Virus record (IMG/VR): IMGVR_UViG_3300036399_001256
Span: 1 to 59,688 of that record
DNA length: 59,688 nucleotides
Strand: one strand, 5' to 3'
DNA from: a virus
Taxonomy: Duplodnaviria > Caudoviricetes
Shown here: positions 52,239-59,688 of the stretch, piece after piece
Position numbering within the stretch: position 1 is the stretch's first letter
Layout of the letters: every line of letters starts with the position of its first letter
The notes under the pieces: generated by a model
What the model was told of the DNA's origin: nothing
Database searches by the model: none
Seen by the model: the letters and a program-made list of their open reading frames with translations, nothing else
Made by a program: the position numbers and the translations under genes

Positions 52239-53702
52239 ATGCCACTCGACGTAACCTCTCCCAATACGGGAACCTCGCTCGCCGCCCTCGCTCCGGACGC
52301 AGTCCGCAAGCTGTGGAACAAAGGCGTTCTCATCGCCGAACAGAATGAGGACTTCTTCCAACAAATGGAGTCGTCTTCTGATCGCTCGATCATCTGGTCC
52401 AAATCCGACCTCGCCAAAGGACAAGGACACACCATCGAATTCACCAACATGAGCGGCTTCTACAAGAAGCCCAAAGTCGGTGAAGCCCTCTTTGAAGGCC
52501 CGAACGACTTCGAGAAAGTCAAAATCGGCACCTTCAAGCTCAAGGTGGACTTCATGCGGAACGCAGTCCGTACCTCCGAACGCATGGAGGAAGTCATGGG
52601 CATGCGCGGTGAAATCCGCAGCAAGTTCAACGTCGAACTCGGCAAATGGCTCGGTCGCTACAAGACCGAACAGATGTTCGCCTTGTTCCAGCTCAAGCTG
52701 AACGACGAGAACGTGCTCTACGCCAACGGCAAGACCCTCAACACCCTTTCCAGCGCCGACACGCTCGTCTGGGATGAGGTCGTCACCGCCGGCCAAGCCA
52801 TGAAGCCCCTCGGAGGTCTTCCCGCGAACGTCGCCGGAAGCAAAGCCGGGATGCAAATCTGGTCGCAGTCCGTCGTCGCTACCGAAGCTGCCTTGTTCTC
52901 CCTCAAGCTCGATCCTGACTACAAGCAGGTGCTCCGTGAGGGTGATGTTCGCGGCAAGGGCAACACCATTTTCCGTGGTGGCTATCCTTCCATCGACGGT
53001 CACACCATCGTTCCCTTCAACCCCATCGACCATGACGGCACCGGCCCCCAAGGCTCGTTCCTCAATCCGAAGGCGTTCTTGGGCGTGGCGATCACTGCCG
53101 GAACCGCTGCCATCGAAGTCAAGGGCGGCGGAACCTCCGCCGAAGCTGACGAAGCGGACTTCTTCCGCTACTTCCCCGGCGCTCCCTACGAATTCTTCGA
53201 CACCGGTGTTCTCACCCCAGCGTCGGAAACCCGCTACTTCCTCATCTACAACCTCACGGGTGCGGATGCTGGCAAGGTCGGGATGTATTCGTACACCACC
53301 GGCAACGATGGCGACAGCATCACCATCGTCAACCGCCTCGGCTCCGCTGCTTCCGTCGCTCGCGTCACCACCCTTGGCGATGTGACCTGGAACACCGGCG
53401 TTTGGGCTGGCAAGCACACCGACGCTCACCCCGAAGGCTCGCTGATCATCCCCTGCAACAGCAAGGGAGTGCCCATCGGCGACACCCTCGTTCTTGGCCG
53501 CTGCGCTGCCCTCCGTGGATACGGAAAATGGCGCGGTCATCGCTCGCAAGAGACCCACAACGGCGGGTTCATCACGGACAAATACATCACCTCGGTGTTT
53601 GGCCAGTCGATCCGCGAGGACCGCAAGGGTCGCCACCCGGCGGTGATCCGTCTTCGCCACGCCGTCAGCTACCCCGGCATCAACCTGCCCACGGTCGCCT
53701 GA
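52239..53702 (+). CDS. Major capsid protein (N4-gp56/DUF4043-like)
   Basis: VRKLW, DLAKGQGHTIEF, F.L.VD..RNAV, L..DPDY, NTIF.G patterns; followed by a terminator. Confidence 0.82.
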   Translation: MPLDVTSPNTGTSLAALAPDAVRKLWNKGVLIAEQNEDFFQQMESSSDRSIIWSKSDLAKGQGHTIEFTNMSGFYKKPKVGEALFEGPNDFEKVKIGTFKLKVDFMRNAVRTSERMEEVMGMRGEIRSKFNVELGKWLGRYKTEQMFALFQLKLNDENVLYANGKTLNTLSSADTLVWDEVVTAGQAMKPLGGLPANVAGSKAGMQIWSQSVVATEAALFSLKLDPDYKQVLREGDVRGKGNTIFRGGYPSIDGHTIVPFNPIDHDGTGPQGSFLNPKAFLGVAITAGTAAIEVKGGGTSAEADEADFFRYFPGAPYEFFDTGVLTPASETRYFLIYNLTGADAGKVGMYSYTTGNDGDSITIVNRLGSAASVARVTTLGDVTWNTGVWAGKHTDAHPEGSLIIPCNSKGVPIGDTLVLGRCAALRGYGKWRGHRSQETHNGGFITDKYITSVFGQSIREDRKGRHPAVIRLRHAVSYPGINLPTVA

Positions 53703-53708
53703 TCCATC

Positions 53709-53746
53709 GCGGGGAGTCCTTCACGGGACTCCCCGCCTTCCCTTTT
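53709..53746 (+). terminator. Intrinsic terminator after the capsid gene
   Basis: GCGGGGAGTCC/GGACTCCCCGC stem followed by CTTCCCTTTT. Confidence 0.75.
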
Positions 53747-53765
53747 CCTCTCAATCGCTCGCATC

Positions 53766-54275
53766 ATGAAATTCATCCTCTTTGTCGTCGTCTCCGGTCG
53801 CGGAACGTGTCCGCGCCTGCCTGATTTCTCCTACAATGAAGAACTCCAACTGTGGGTCTATCAGGGCCGCACTCTGACCGCTGATGAGTTCAATGAGGCG
53901 AGCACCCGCGTGTTTCACGCCAACTACCGGAACAAGAGCTTCACCATTCGCCCGAAGGTGATCCTCGACGTAGCCGCATCGGAACCCACCGTCGACGAGA
54001 CCGACGAAAAACAGGAACCAGCCACTACTGAGGAGCCCAAAGCCCCAGAAGAAACCACTGAAAACCAAGTGGAATCCACCGACACTGAAACCGTCGAAAC
54101 TACCGTCGACGAGTCAGCCCCCGCCTTCATCCTCGCTGGCGACAACATCATGCTCGATGGCGAGCGCGTTGGTGGCGTCTTCCCTCCCGGCCCACACCTC
54201 CGCGTCGCACGCGGCCGCACCGACCTCCGCCCCGCCCTTGAGGCGTGGTTCACCCAAACCTTTCCGACCCCATGA
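53766..54275 (+). CDS. Hypothetical post-capsid protein
   Basis: 169 aa with an acidic linker. Confidence 0.7.
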   Translation: MKFILFVVVSGRGTCPRLPDFSYNEELQLWVYQGRTLTADEFNEASTRVFHANYRNKSFTIRPKVILDVAASEPTVDETDEKQEPATTEEPKAPEETTENQVESTDTETVETTVDESAPAFILAGDNIMLDGERVGGVFPPGPHLRVARGRTDLRPALEAWFTQTFPTP

Positions 54276-55078
54276 GTGCTCTCTCCGATTACCTCGAAAA
54301 CGAGTTGCTGGATCACCTCCTGCGAAACTCTGCCTACTCTCGACCGGCCACGATCTACCTTGCTCTCTTCACGGCTAATCCTGGCGAATCTGGCAACACC
54401 GGGGAGGTGAGCGGCGGGAGTTACGCCCGTGCTACCATTACCAACAACAACACCAATTTCCCGCAGGTTGCCGCCACCGGCACCCCGACGAAATCCAACG
54501 GTGCAATCATTTCGTTCCCCACGGCATCCGCTGATTGGGGAACGGTCACCCATTGGGCGATCTACGACGACGATGGTTCTCCATCGGGCAACATGCTGGT
54601 GCATGGCTCGCTGGGAACTCCACGTTTCGTCAAGTCGGGTGATACCCCCAAGGTCGCCGCTGGCATCCTTTCGTTCACGTTCTCGAATGCGACGAGCGGC
54701 GGGATCACGGAATACACCAGCCGAAAACTCCTCGACCATGTTTTCGGTGGGCCCAGCTACACCCCTCCCGCCACCGTCTATATCGCCCTTGCCACTGGCC
54801 TATCAGGAGAAACCCTGACCGAGTGGGGTGACACCGATTACTCCCGCCAAGCGGCCGCATTCGATGCCGCGTCCGGCGGAGTCTCGGTGAGTTCCGATTT
54901 GGAGACGTTCGCATCATCCGTCGATGGGCCCGCCGCCACCATCACCCATTTCGGACTCTATGACGATGGAGCCGCCGGGAATCTCCTGATCGTCGGTCCC
55001 GTCTCGACGTCCCGAACCTGCATCATCGGCGACACCGTCACGTTCCCCGACAGCGCCTTCGTCGCAACCCTCCAATAA
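54272..55078 (+). CDS. Virion protein with a tandem duplicated tail-fibre-family domain
   Basis: SDYLENELLDH..YLALFT..SYAR..THWAIYD..GNML repeated as TEYTSRKLLDH..YIALAT..DYSR..THFGLYD..GNLL. Confidence 0.75.
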   Translation: MSALSDYLENELLDHLLRNSAYSRPATIYLALFTANPGESGNTGEVSGGSYARATITNNNTNFPQVAATGTPTKSNGAIISFPTASADWGTVTHWAIYDDDGSPSGNMLVHGSLGTPRFVKSGDTPKVAAGILSFTFSNATSGGITEYTSRKLLDHVFGGPSYTPPATVYIALATGLSGETLTEWGDTDYSRQAAAFDAASGGVSVSSDLETFASSVDGPAATITHFGLYDDGAAGNLLIVGPVSTSRTCIIGDTVTFPDSAFVATLQ

Positions 55079-55081
55079 GCC

Positions 55082-56062
55082 ATGGCCACCCGCGCATTTG
55101 CCGCTACCCCCGTTTCCTCGCTGGTCGCAAGCATTGAACTTGCGGTCGGTGGAGCAGTGGCGTTTTCATGCGCTCCGGTTTCCTCGCTGGCCGCAGCGTG
55201 CGACATCTACGGGTCAACGCAGGCGCTCGCGTGCGCCCCGGTCACGTCGCTCAACGCTGAATGCTCGCTGTTCAGTTCCAGCGTGAATTTCGGATGCACT
55301 CCGGTTTCCTCGCTCCGCGCATGCTGTGACCTCACTGGCACCAGCGACATGCGCGGGATGTCTCTTTGCGACCTCGTCTCGGACCTCATCATGATGTGGG
55401 GAATTGATCGCCGGAGTTCAGCCCCTCACTACGTCATCACCCGCGCCCTCACCGACATCAACTTCGCTCTCCAGACGATGTGGAACCGTGCGGAGGAGCG
55501 GACGTATTGGACGGAATCCACGCTCACGCTGACGATTCCCGCCACGACCTCATCGCTGGCGCTCACCGATTCCATCCAGAACGTCAACGGTCCATGTCGG
55601 CTTGCATCCGACAAACGGAATCTGACCCCCACCGGCACCCTCGCCGAACTGGAATCCTTCATCGACACCTACCTCGACGGCTTCACCTCCGACGTGCCGA
55701 TTGCCTACCACATCGAGCGCGGGAGGCAAGACGCCACCGACCCTGCCCGCTGCGTCCTCCATGTCGCCCCGGCACCAGTCGCCGAAACCAACCTCCTCCT
55801 CGAAGTCACGCTTGAGGCACCGCGCTACGTCCTCGGCGACCTTGCAACCTGCCCGCTACTCCCCATCCCTCACCGATACGTCGAATCCCTCCTGCTGCCC
55901 ATTGCACGCATGCGGGCGTCGTCGTTCTATCTGTTCTCGCAACCTGATCGCCTGCCCCAGATCGAGGCTGAGTTCATGGAGGCATCCCGCGCCCTTGGGC
56001 TTGCGGATCCTCTCCCCGGAAACTCTGGCGACCAACGCCAGCGGAGAGGGGGTGAAGCATGA
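55082..56062 (+). CDS. Head-tail adaptor-like protein with N-terminal repeats
   Basis: IN.AL..MW, P.AY, LHV.P.P, P.IP.RY pattern; four PVSSL repeats. Confidence 0.65.
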   Translation: MATRAFAATPVSSLVASIELAVGGAVAFSCAPVSSLAAACDIYGSTQALACAPVTSLNAECSLFSSSVNFGCTPVSSLRACCDLTGTSDMRGMSLCDLVSDLIMMWGIDRRSSAPHYVITRALTDINFALQTMWNRAEERTYWTESTLTLTIPATTSSLALTDSIQNVNGPCRLASDKRNLTPTGTLAELESFIDTYLDGFTSDVPIAYHIERGRQDATDPARCVLHVAPAPVAETNLLLEVTLEAPRYVLGDLATCPLLPIPHRYVESLLLPIARMRASSFYLFSQPDRLPQIEAEFMEASRALGLADPLPGNSGDQRQRRGGEA

Positions 56063-56928
56063 AGGCTACCGCCCTCGCCAATCGTTTGGTTCGTTCGCTT
56101 AAGGTGAAATCTCTCCAGGAACTCACCGCCGACGGGTGGCAGGAGATTCAGGACGCCGTCAATGCGGCGTTGCAATCCATGCACGCCGTCGCTCCTCCTC
56201 ACTCGAAAATCACAGTGGCGTCGATGGTTCTTCCCGCGCCGGTCACCATCTCCATCGGCGTCACGAATGGGTCGAATGAGATCACCGGTCACACGTTCGC
56301 TGTCTCTGATTTCTTCAAAACCATTCGTCTCGCTGGTGAGTCGATCGACAACCAGGTCATCGGCGAATCTTCGTTGTTGCATCCATGGACCGGCACCACC
56401 GGCACCGTGTCGGCGGTTCTCTACGGTGACGCCGTCGCCATCCCTGACGCTTACGAGGAAATCATTTCCGATCCGCTGGTGCTGGAAACCAACAACGACC
56501 TCACCCAAGGACGCCCCACAAGCTACTGGTCGTCGCAGCGCCGGAAAATCGGCACTCCGGAATTTTGGTGGATCGAGGAGAACGCCCGCAACGCGAATCC
56601 GGCCGGCGGTCCCGCGGTGCTCCGCATCGACACCCTGCCGCCGAAAATACTCCGCCTCCAAATGAGCGCATCGCTGGCACCGGCCCGCATCAGCTTCATG
56701 GATTTCATGGATGCCTCGAAGGTGATTCCGATTCGTGATGAGCACATTGAGGCATATTTGATTCCAGTCGCCCTCGGCAACCTCACCACCTCCGACCTGT
56801 GGAGGGACAAGGAAACCGCCGCCAAGGTCGCCTCCAAAGCAGAAACCGCCGAAGCGAAATACGCCGCGCTCGTCCCGCAAACTCTCGGCACCCCCAACAA
56901 CCACGTCCGCACCCGCCCGGGATTCTAA
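56059..56928 (+). CDS. Second adaptor-like virion protein
   Basis: AVNAALQ, GTPEFW, IPI.DEH pattern similar to the preceding gene. Confidence 0.6.
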   Translation: MKATALANRLVRSLKVKSLQELTADGWQEIQDAVNAALQSMHAVAPPHSKITVASMVLPAPVTISIGVTNGSNEITGHTFAVSDFFKTIRLAGESIDNQVIGESSLLHPWTGTTGTVSAVLYGDAVAIPDAYEEIISDPLVLETNNDLTQGRPTSYWSSQRRKIGTPEFWWIEENARNANPAGGPAVLRIDTLPPKILRLQMSASLAPARISFMDFMDASKVIPIRDEHIEAYLIPVALGNLTTSDLWRDKETAAKVASKAETAEAKYAALVPQTLGTPNNHVRTRPGF

Positions 56929-56930
56929 CC

Positions 56931-57269
56931 ATGGCCGAAGTCATCACCATCGAAGAGATTCCAGATTTCATCGCCCGCACGGTTGATGGAATCGCCAGCG
57001 GCGTGGCCGCACTCCGCGCCAAGGGGATCATGGCGGAGATGCCGTCGGAAGTGGCCGTTCAAGCCGTTGTCATCACCAAATGGCAAGAGCTTGAAATCAA
57101 AGGCGGCGAAGTCAGTGAGTCCACTGAGAAGCAGGGCGGCACCACGAAAGAGAAACAAGGGTCGTCATCCAACGAGACATCTACCCGCGAAGAGCGCACA
57201 ACCCGCGACAACGAGAACGCGCACGATCAGCAGGACACCACCAACTTCGAATCCACATCCACCCTCTGA
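56931..57269 (+). CDS. Hypothetical protein with a Ser/Thr/Glu-rich tail
   Basis: Start set at MAEVIT, 2 bp after the previous stop. Confidence 0.6.
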   Translation: MAEVITIEEIPDFIARTVDGIASGVAALRAKGIMAEMPSEVAVQAVVITKWQELEIKGGEVSESTEKQGGTTKEKQGSSSNETSTREERTTRDNENAHDQQDTTNFESTSTL

Positions 57270-57272
57270 GCC

Positions 57273-57524
57273 ATGCCGACGACATCATCCACCACCAAAG
57301 GCACGCGGAAATACAAGCAGATCATGGCGGACGTGGGCACGTCGAAAGGCACCACCACGGGTAGGCAGTCTGGCGTTCAAGAATCCGAAAGCCTGCGCGA
57401 TCTAACGTCCACCTCCGCCCGTCGATCCTCATCCTCCACGTTCGCGAACATCGGCTGCGCCGTGACGTTCACCATTCCCATCAAATCCCCAATCCCGCCC
57501 GCAAGAGGCTCCTGCCCATGCTGA
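57273..57524 (+). CDS. Small Ser/Thr-rich protein
   Basis: Tightly packed in the operon. Confidence 0.55.
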   Translation: MPTTSSTTKGTRKYKQIMADVGTSKGTTTGRQSGVQESESLRDLTSTSARRSSSSTFANIGCAVTFTIPIKSPIPPARGSCPC

Positions 57525-58465
57525 ACCGCATCACACAACTGCTCTCCGTTTTTGTCTCCGGACTGCGCTGCACGACCGGCGCGTCACTCCTCGGTCGCAT
57601 CACGTCCGGTGCTGGTCCTGCTCAGGAGATTCCGTTGGGGAGCGGACTGGCGTTCAGTGCCGGGGCGCTCACCGTCACCGGAAAAGCCGCATCCTCGCAC
57701 ACCCATCCTTATACGGAGGTCACGGGGTTGATGCTAGAGGGGACGCCGACGGAGGGGTCCGTTGCATGGGTGACGCTGAACCCCGTTGGAGTGGACAACA
57801 CGATCATCTTGGAGGCTGTCGAAGTTGGCACGGCGGGCAACAGCTTGACTGCGGCCATCGCCATTGACGCCACCACCAACCGCTACGCGCTCACCGTCGT
57901 CAAGACAGGGAACGCCATCACGATCACCAGTGGGGACAGGTATCGAATGATCGTCTCGGGAACGCTATCACCTAACTTGGCAGGAACGCTCGGACCCTCA
58001 TACACCTATGCAGGGTTGGCAGGGGGCAAGCCATCCTACGCCAGCAGCGGTGCTCCGACTCGCCAGATTTACTGGACCATCGCAACGGGCAAGTGGACTT
58101 TGGCGAACCTGTTGGAAATCGGCAATCGCTGGGAGTCTTCCGAAAATGTCGATACGCCGGACCAAGTAATGACGTGGACCGCCGTTGGCTCTGCAACAGG
58201 AACCCCTACCATCACGGCTGCGGCAGCTTCGGCGCTTCAAGCCTACGATCTGGTCAACTCGGAACTCTCCGGTGAGGTGGTGGCAACCCTCCTTCCCGCA
58301 GATGTTTATGGGCCAATCGCAGCCGTGGCCGCTACCTCCTTCACCGGGGGTACTGGACCAACCGCCGCCACGTCACTCTTCATGATCGACTCAGACTATC
58401 TCTACTCATGGACCGGTAGCGCCGCGTCCCCCACTTGGAAGAAATCCGAACGCGCATCCCTATGA
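57518..58465 (+). CDS. Tail fibre or virion appendage protein
   Basis: LLGR.T.GAG..QEI..GSGL and KAASSHTH fibre motifs. Confidence 0.65.
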   Translation: MLNRITQLLSVFVSGLRCTTGASLLGRITSGAGPAQEIPLGSGLAFSAGALTVTGKAASSHTHPYTEVTGLMLEGTPTEGSVAWVTLNPVGVDNTIILEAVEVGTAGNSLTAAIAIDATTNRYALTVVKTGNAITITSGDRYRMIVSGTLSPNLAGTLGPSYTYAGLAGGKPSYASSGAPTRQIYWTIATGKWTLANLLEIGNRWESSENVDTPDQVMTWTAVGSATGTPTITAAAASALQAYDLVNSELSGEVVATLLPADVYGPIAAVAATSFTGGTGPTAATSLFMIDSDYLYSWTGSAASPTWKKSERASL

Positions 58466-58761
58466 CACCAAAAGCATTCTCATCCATCATCACCGCCGAC
58501 GGGGAATATGTTTTCCCGGCGCTCTCGAAAGACACCAAAGAAGCCACTCTGGAAATCTCCGGTGGGTTTGGCAGTGGCACCGTGCAGCCTGGATACTCTG
58601 ATCCCGCTGGCGATTTTGTGCCGCTCCGAAATCAGGACGGTGACGCCCTCGAAATCACCGCCGCCGGGTCGTTCATCTTCGACCGCATCCCATACTCCCG
58701 CCAGCTTGCGATCAAGCTCACTGGCGCAACCGCCGCAACCATCACCGTCGTCGCTTCATGA
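58462..58761 (+). CDS. Small beta-sandwich virion protein
   Basis: ISGGFGSGTV..L.IKLTGAT pattern; ATGA overlaps on both sides. Confidence 0.65.
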   Translation: MTPKAFSSIITADGEYVFPALSKDTKEATLEISGGFGSGTVQPGYSDPAGDFVPLRNQDGDALEITAAGSFIFDRIPYSRQLAIKLTGATAATITVVAS

Positions 58762-59606
58762 GGCCGTTTGGGAGAGTTTTGGGGCGTCCGATTGGGCGAC
58801 AACTCGGCACCATGTCGGGGGTGTTTGGTGGGTTGGACCCAGACGCCGCCGCCTACATCGCCGCCGTAGTGGATGCTGGCGGGGTGGTTAGCGGGGGGCA
58901 GAAGTCGGCAATCAACACCTTCTACAAGACTGGGAAATCTGACGGCTGGTATTCCTCGCTGAAGCGTTTGTATCTGCCGATCTGGGGAGTTGCTGCACCC
59001 AACGCCATCGACATGATTGCGAGGGGAAGCGGGACGTTCATCGGCACGGTTACTCACGGGGCTGGATTTGTAAGCAGTCCGACATCCACTGGTTACATGG
59101 ACACCAACGTCGGACTTACGACTTTGGGGCTATCTCTAAGCAGCTACCACTTTGCAGGGCTTTACAAAACATCGTCAATAAAACCCAACTCCTATTTGTT
59201 TGGGTCTCAATCAGGCAGCAACGTCAACCGGATGTTTATATCTGGGACTGCATACCATGCAGATTTAGCTAGTCCGTCGCAAGGCAGGGCAACTGGAACC
59301 GTGGCTCATGGAGACAGACTTGGCATCTTTACTTTTGGCGGTGCGGCATCGGCGCGTTTTCTTAAAAGACGCAAAAGCAGCGGAGTCACTACGCTTGGCA
59401 CTTCGACAACAACAATTACAGCGCAGCCAAACAACGTCAACGTCGCGTTTCTAGCCAACAATGTTTCGGGAAGTGTAACTGGTTTCTGCGGAGAAGAGAT
59501 CGGCGCATTCAGCATCGGCCTTGAACTTACGAACGCGCAAGATACCGCATATTCACTCGCCCTCAAGAACCTCTGGGAGGGGACAACCGGACTTACACTA
59601 CCATGA
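58758..59606 (+). CDS. Lectin-like fibre or receptor-binding protein
   Basis: DPDAAAYIAAV..AINTF...K..G N-terminus followed by a beta-rich domain. Confidence 0.65.
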   Translation: MRPFGRVLGRPIGRQLGTMSGVFGGLDPDAAAYIAAVVDAGGVVSGGQKSAINTFYKTGKSDGWYSSLKRLYLPIWGVAAPNAIDMIARGSGTFIGTVTHGAGFVSSPTSTGYMDTNVGLTTLGLSLSSYHFAGLYKTSSIKPNSYLFGSQSGSNVNRMFISGTAYHADLASPSQGRATGTVAHGDRLGIFTFGGAASARFLKRRKSSGVTTLGTSTTTITAQPNNVNVAFLANNVSGSVTGFCGEEIGAFSIGLELTNAQDTAYSLALKNLWEGTTGLTLP

Positions 59607-59688
59607 TCGGATTCATCGTCACTCCAGAACAAGCACAGACGGTCAACGCCGCCGTTGCAGACGCCCAAACGTCGCGTGGGCTTCCCGT
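59562..59688. repeat. Terminal direct repeat, right copy
   Basis: Identical to 1-127. Confidence 0.95.

Noticed and set aside
54272-59606. Diversity-generating retroelement acting on the fibre genes
   Set aside because: No reverse transcriptase, and I saw no template/variable repeat pair differing at adenines.

Overview
The window is an apparently complete ~59.56 kb temperate tailed-phage genome, circular in the assembly: the first and last 127 nt are identical. It is GC-rich and lacks obvious Shine-Dalgarno sites. The integrase style and attC flavour suggest a Verrucomicrobia/PVC host, but this is inference. Modules: lysis (379-2133); a leftward replication/recombination arm (primase-helicase, VRR-NUC, SF2 helicase, nucleases, SSB-like, Sak4-like; 2042-17645); a divergent immunity switch with palindromic operators; a tyrosine integrase with a tRNA-3'-end attP; a second leftward arm (19811-23189); a G-rich divergent intergenic region; a serine resolvase; a cluster of tRNA-like RNAs; and a podovirus-like late arm (TerL, a 5359-aa DarB-like polyvalent protein, portal, scaffold, N4-gp56-like capsid, adaptors, fibre-like proteins). 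Main finding: nine attC-type hairpins define nine integron-style gene cassettes in three arrays (4720-5487, 7963-10289, 19830-20685). Each cassette's R'' is complementary to the R' at its own start, yet the phage encodes no IntI. The cargo consists of phage-type genes inverted relative to attC. Every gene that crosses a crossover point reads it in frame as Asn, and every attC supplies a stop in that frame. This looks like a phage gene-shuffling system built on attC recombination. Other notable features are five tRNA-mimic structures and a strand-coherent TGACG-N3-CGT box present about 13 times.
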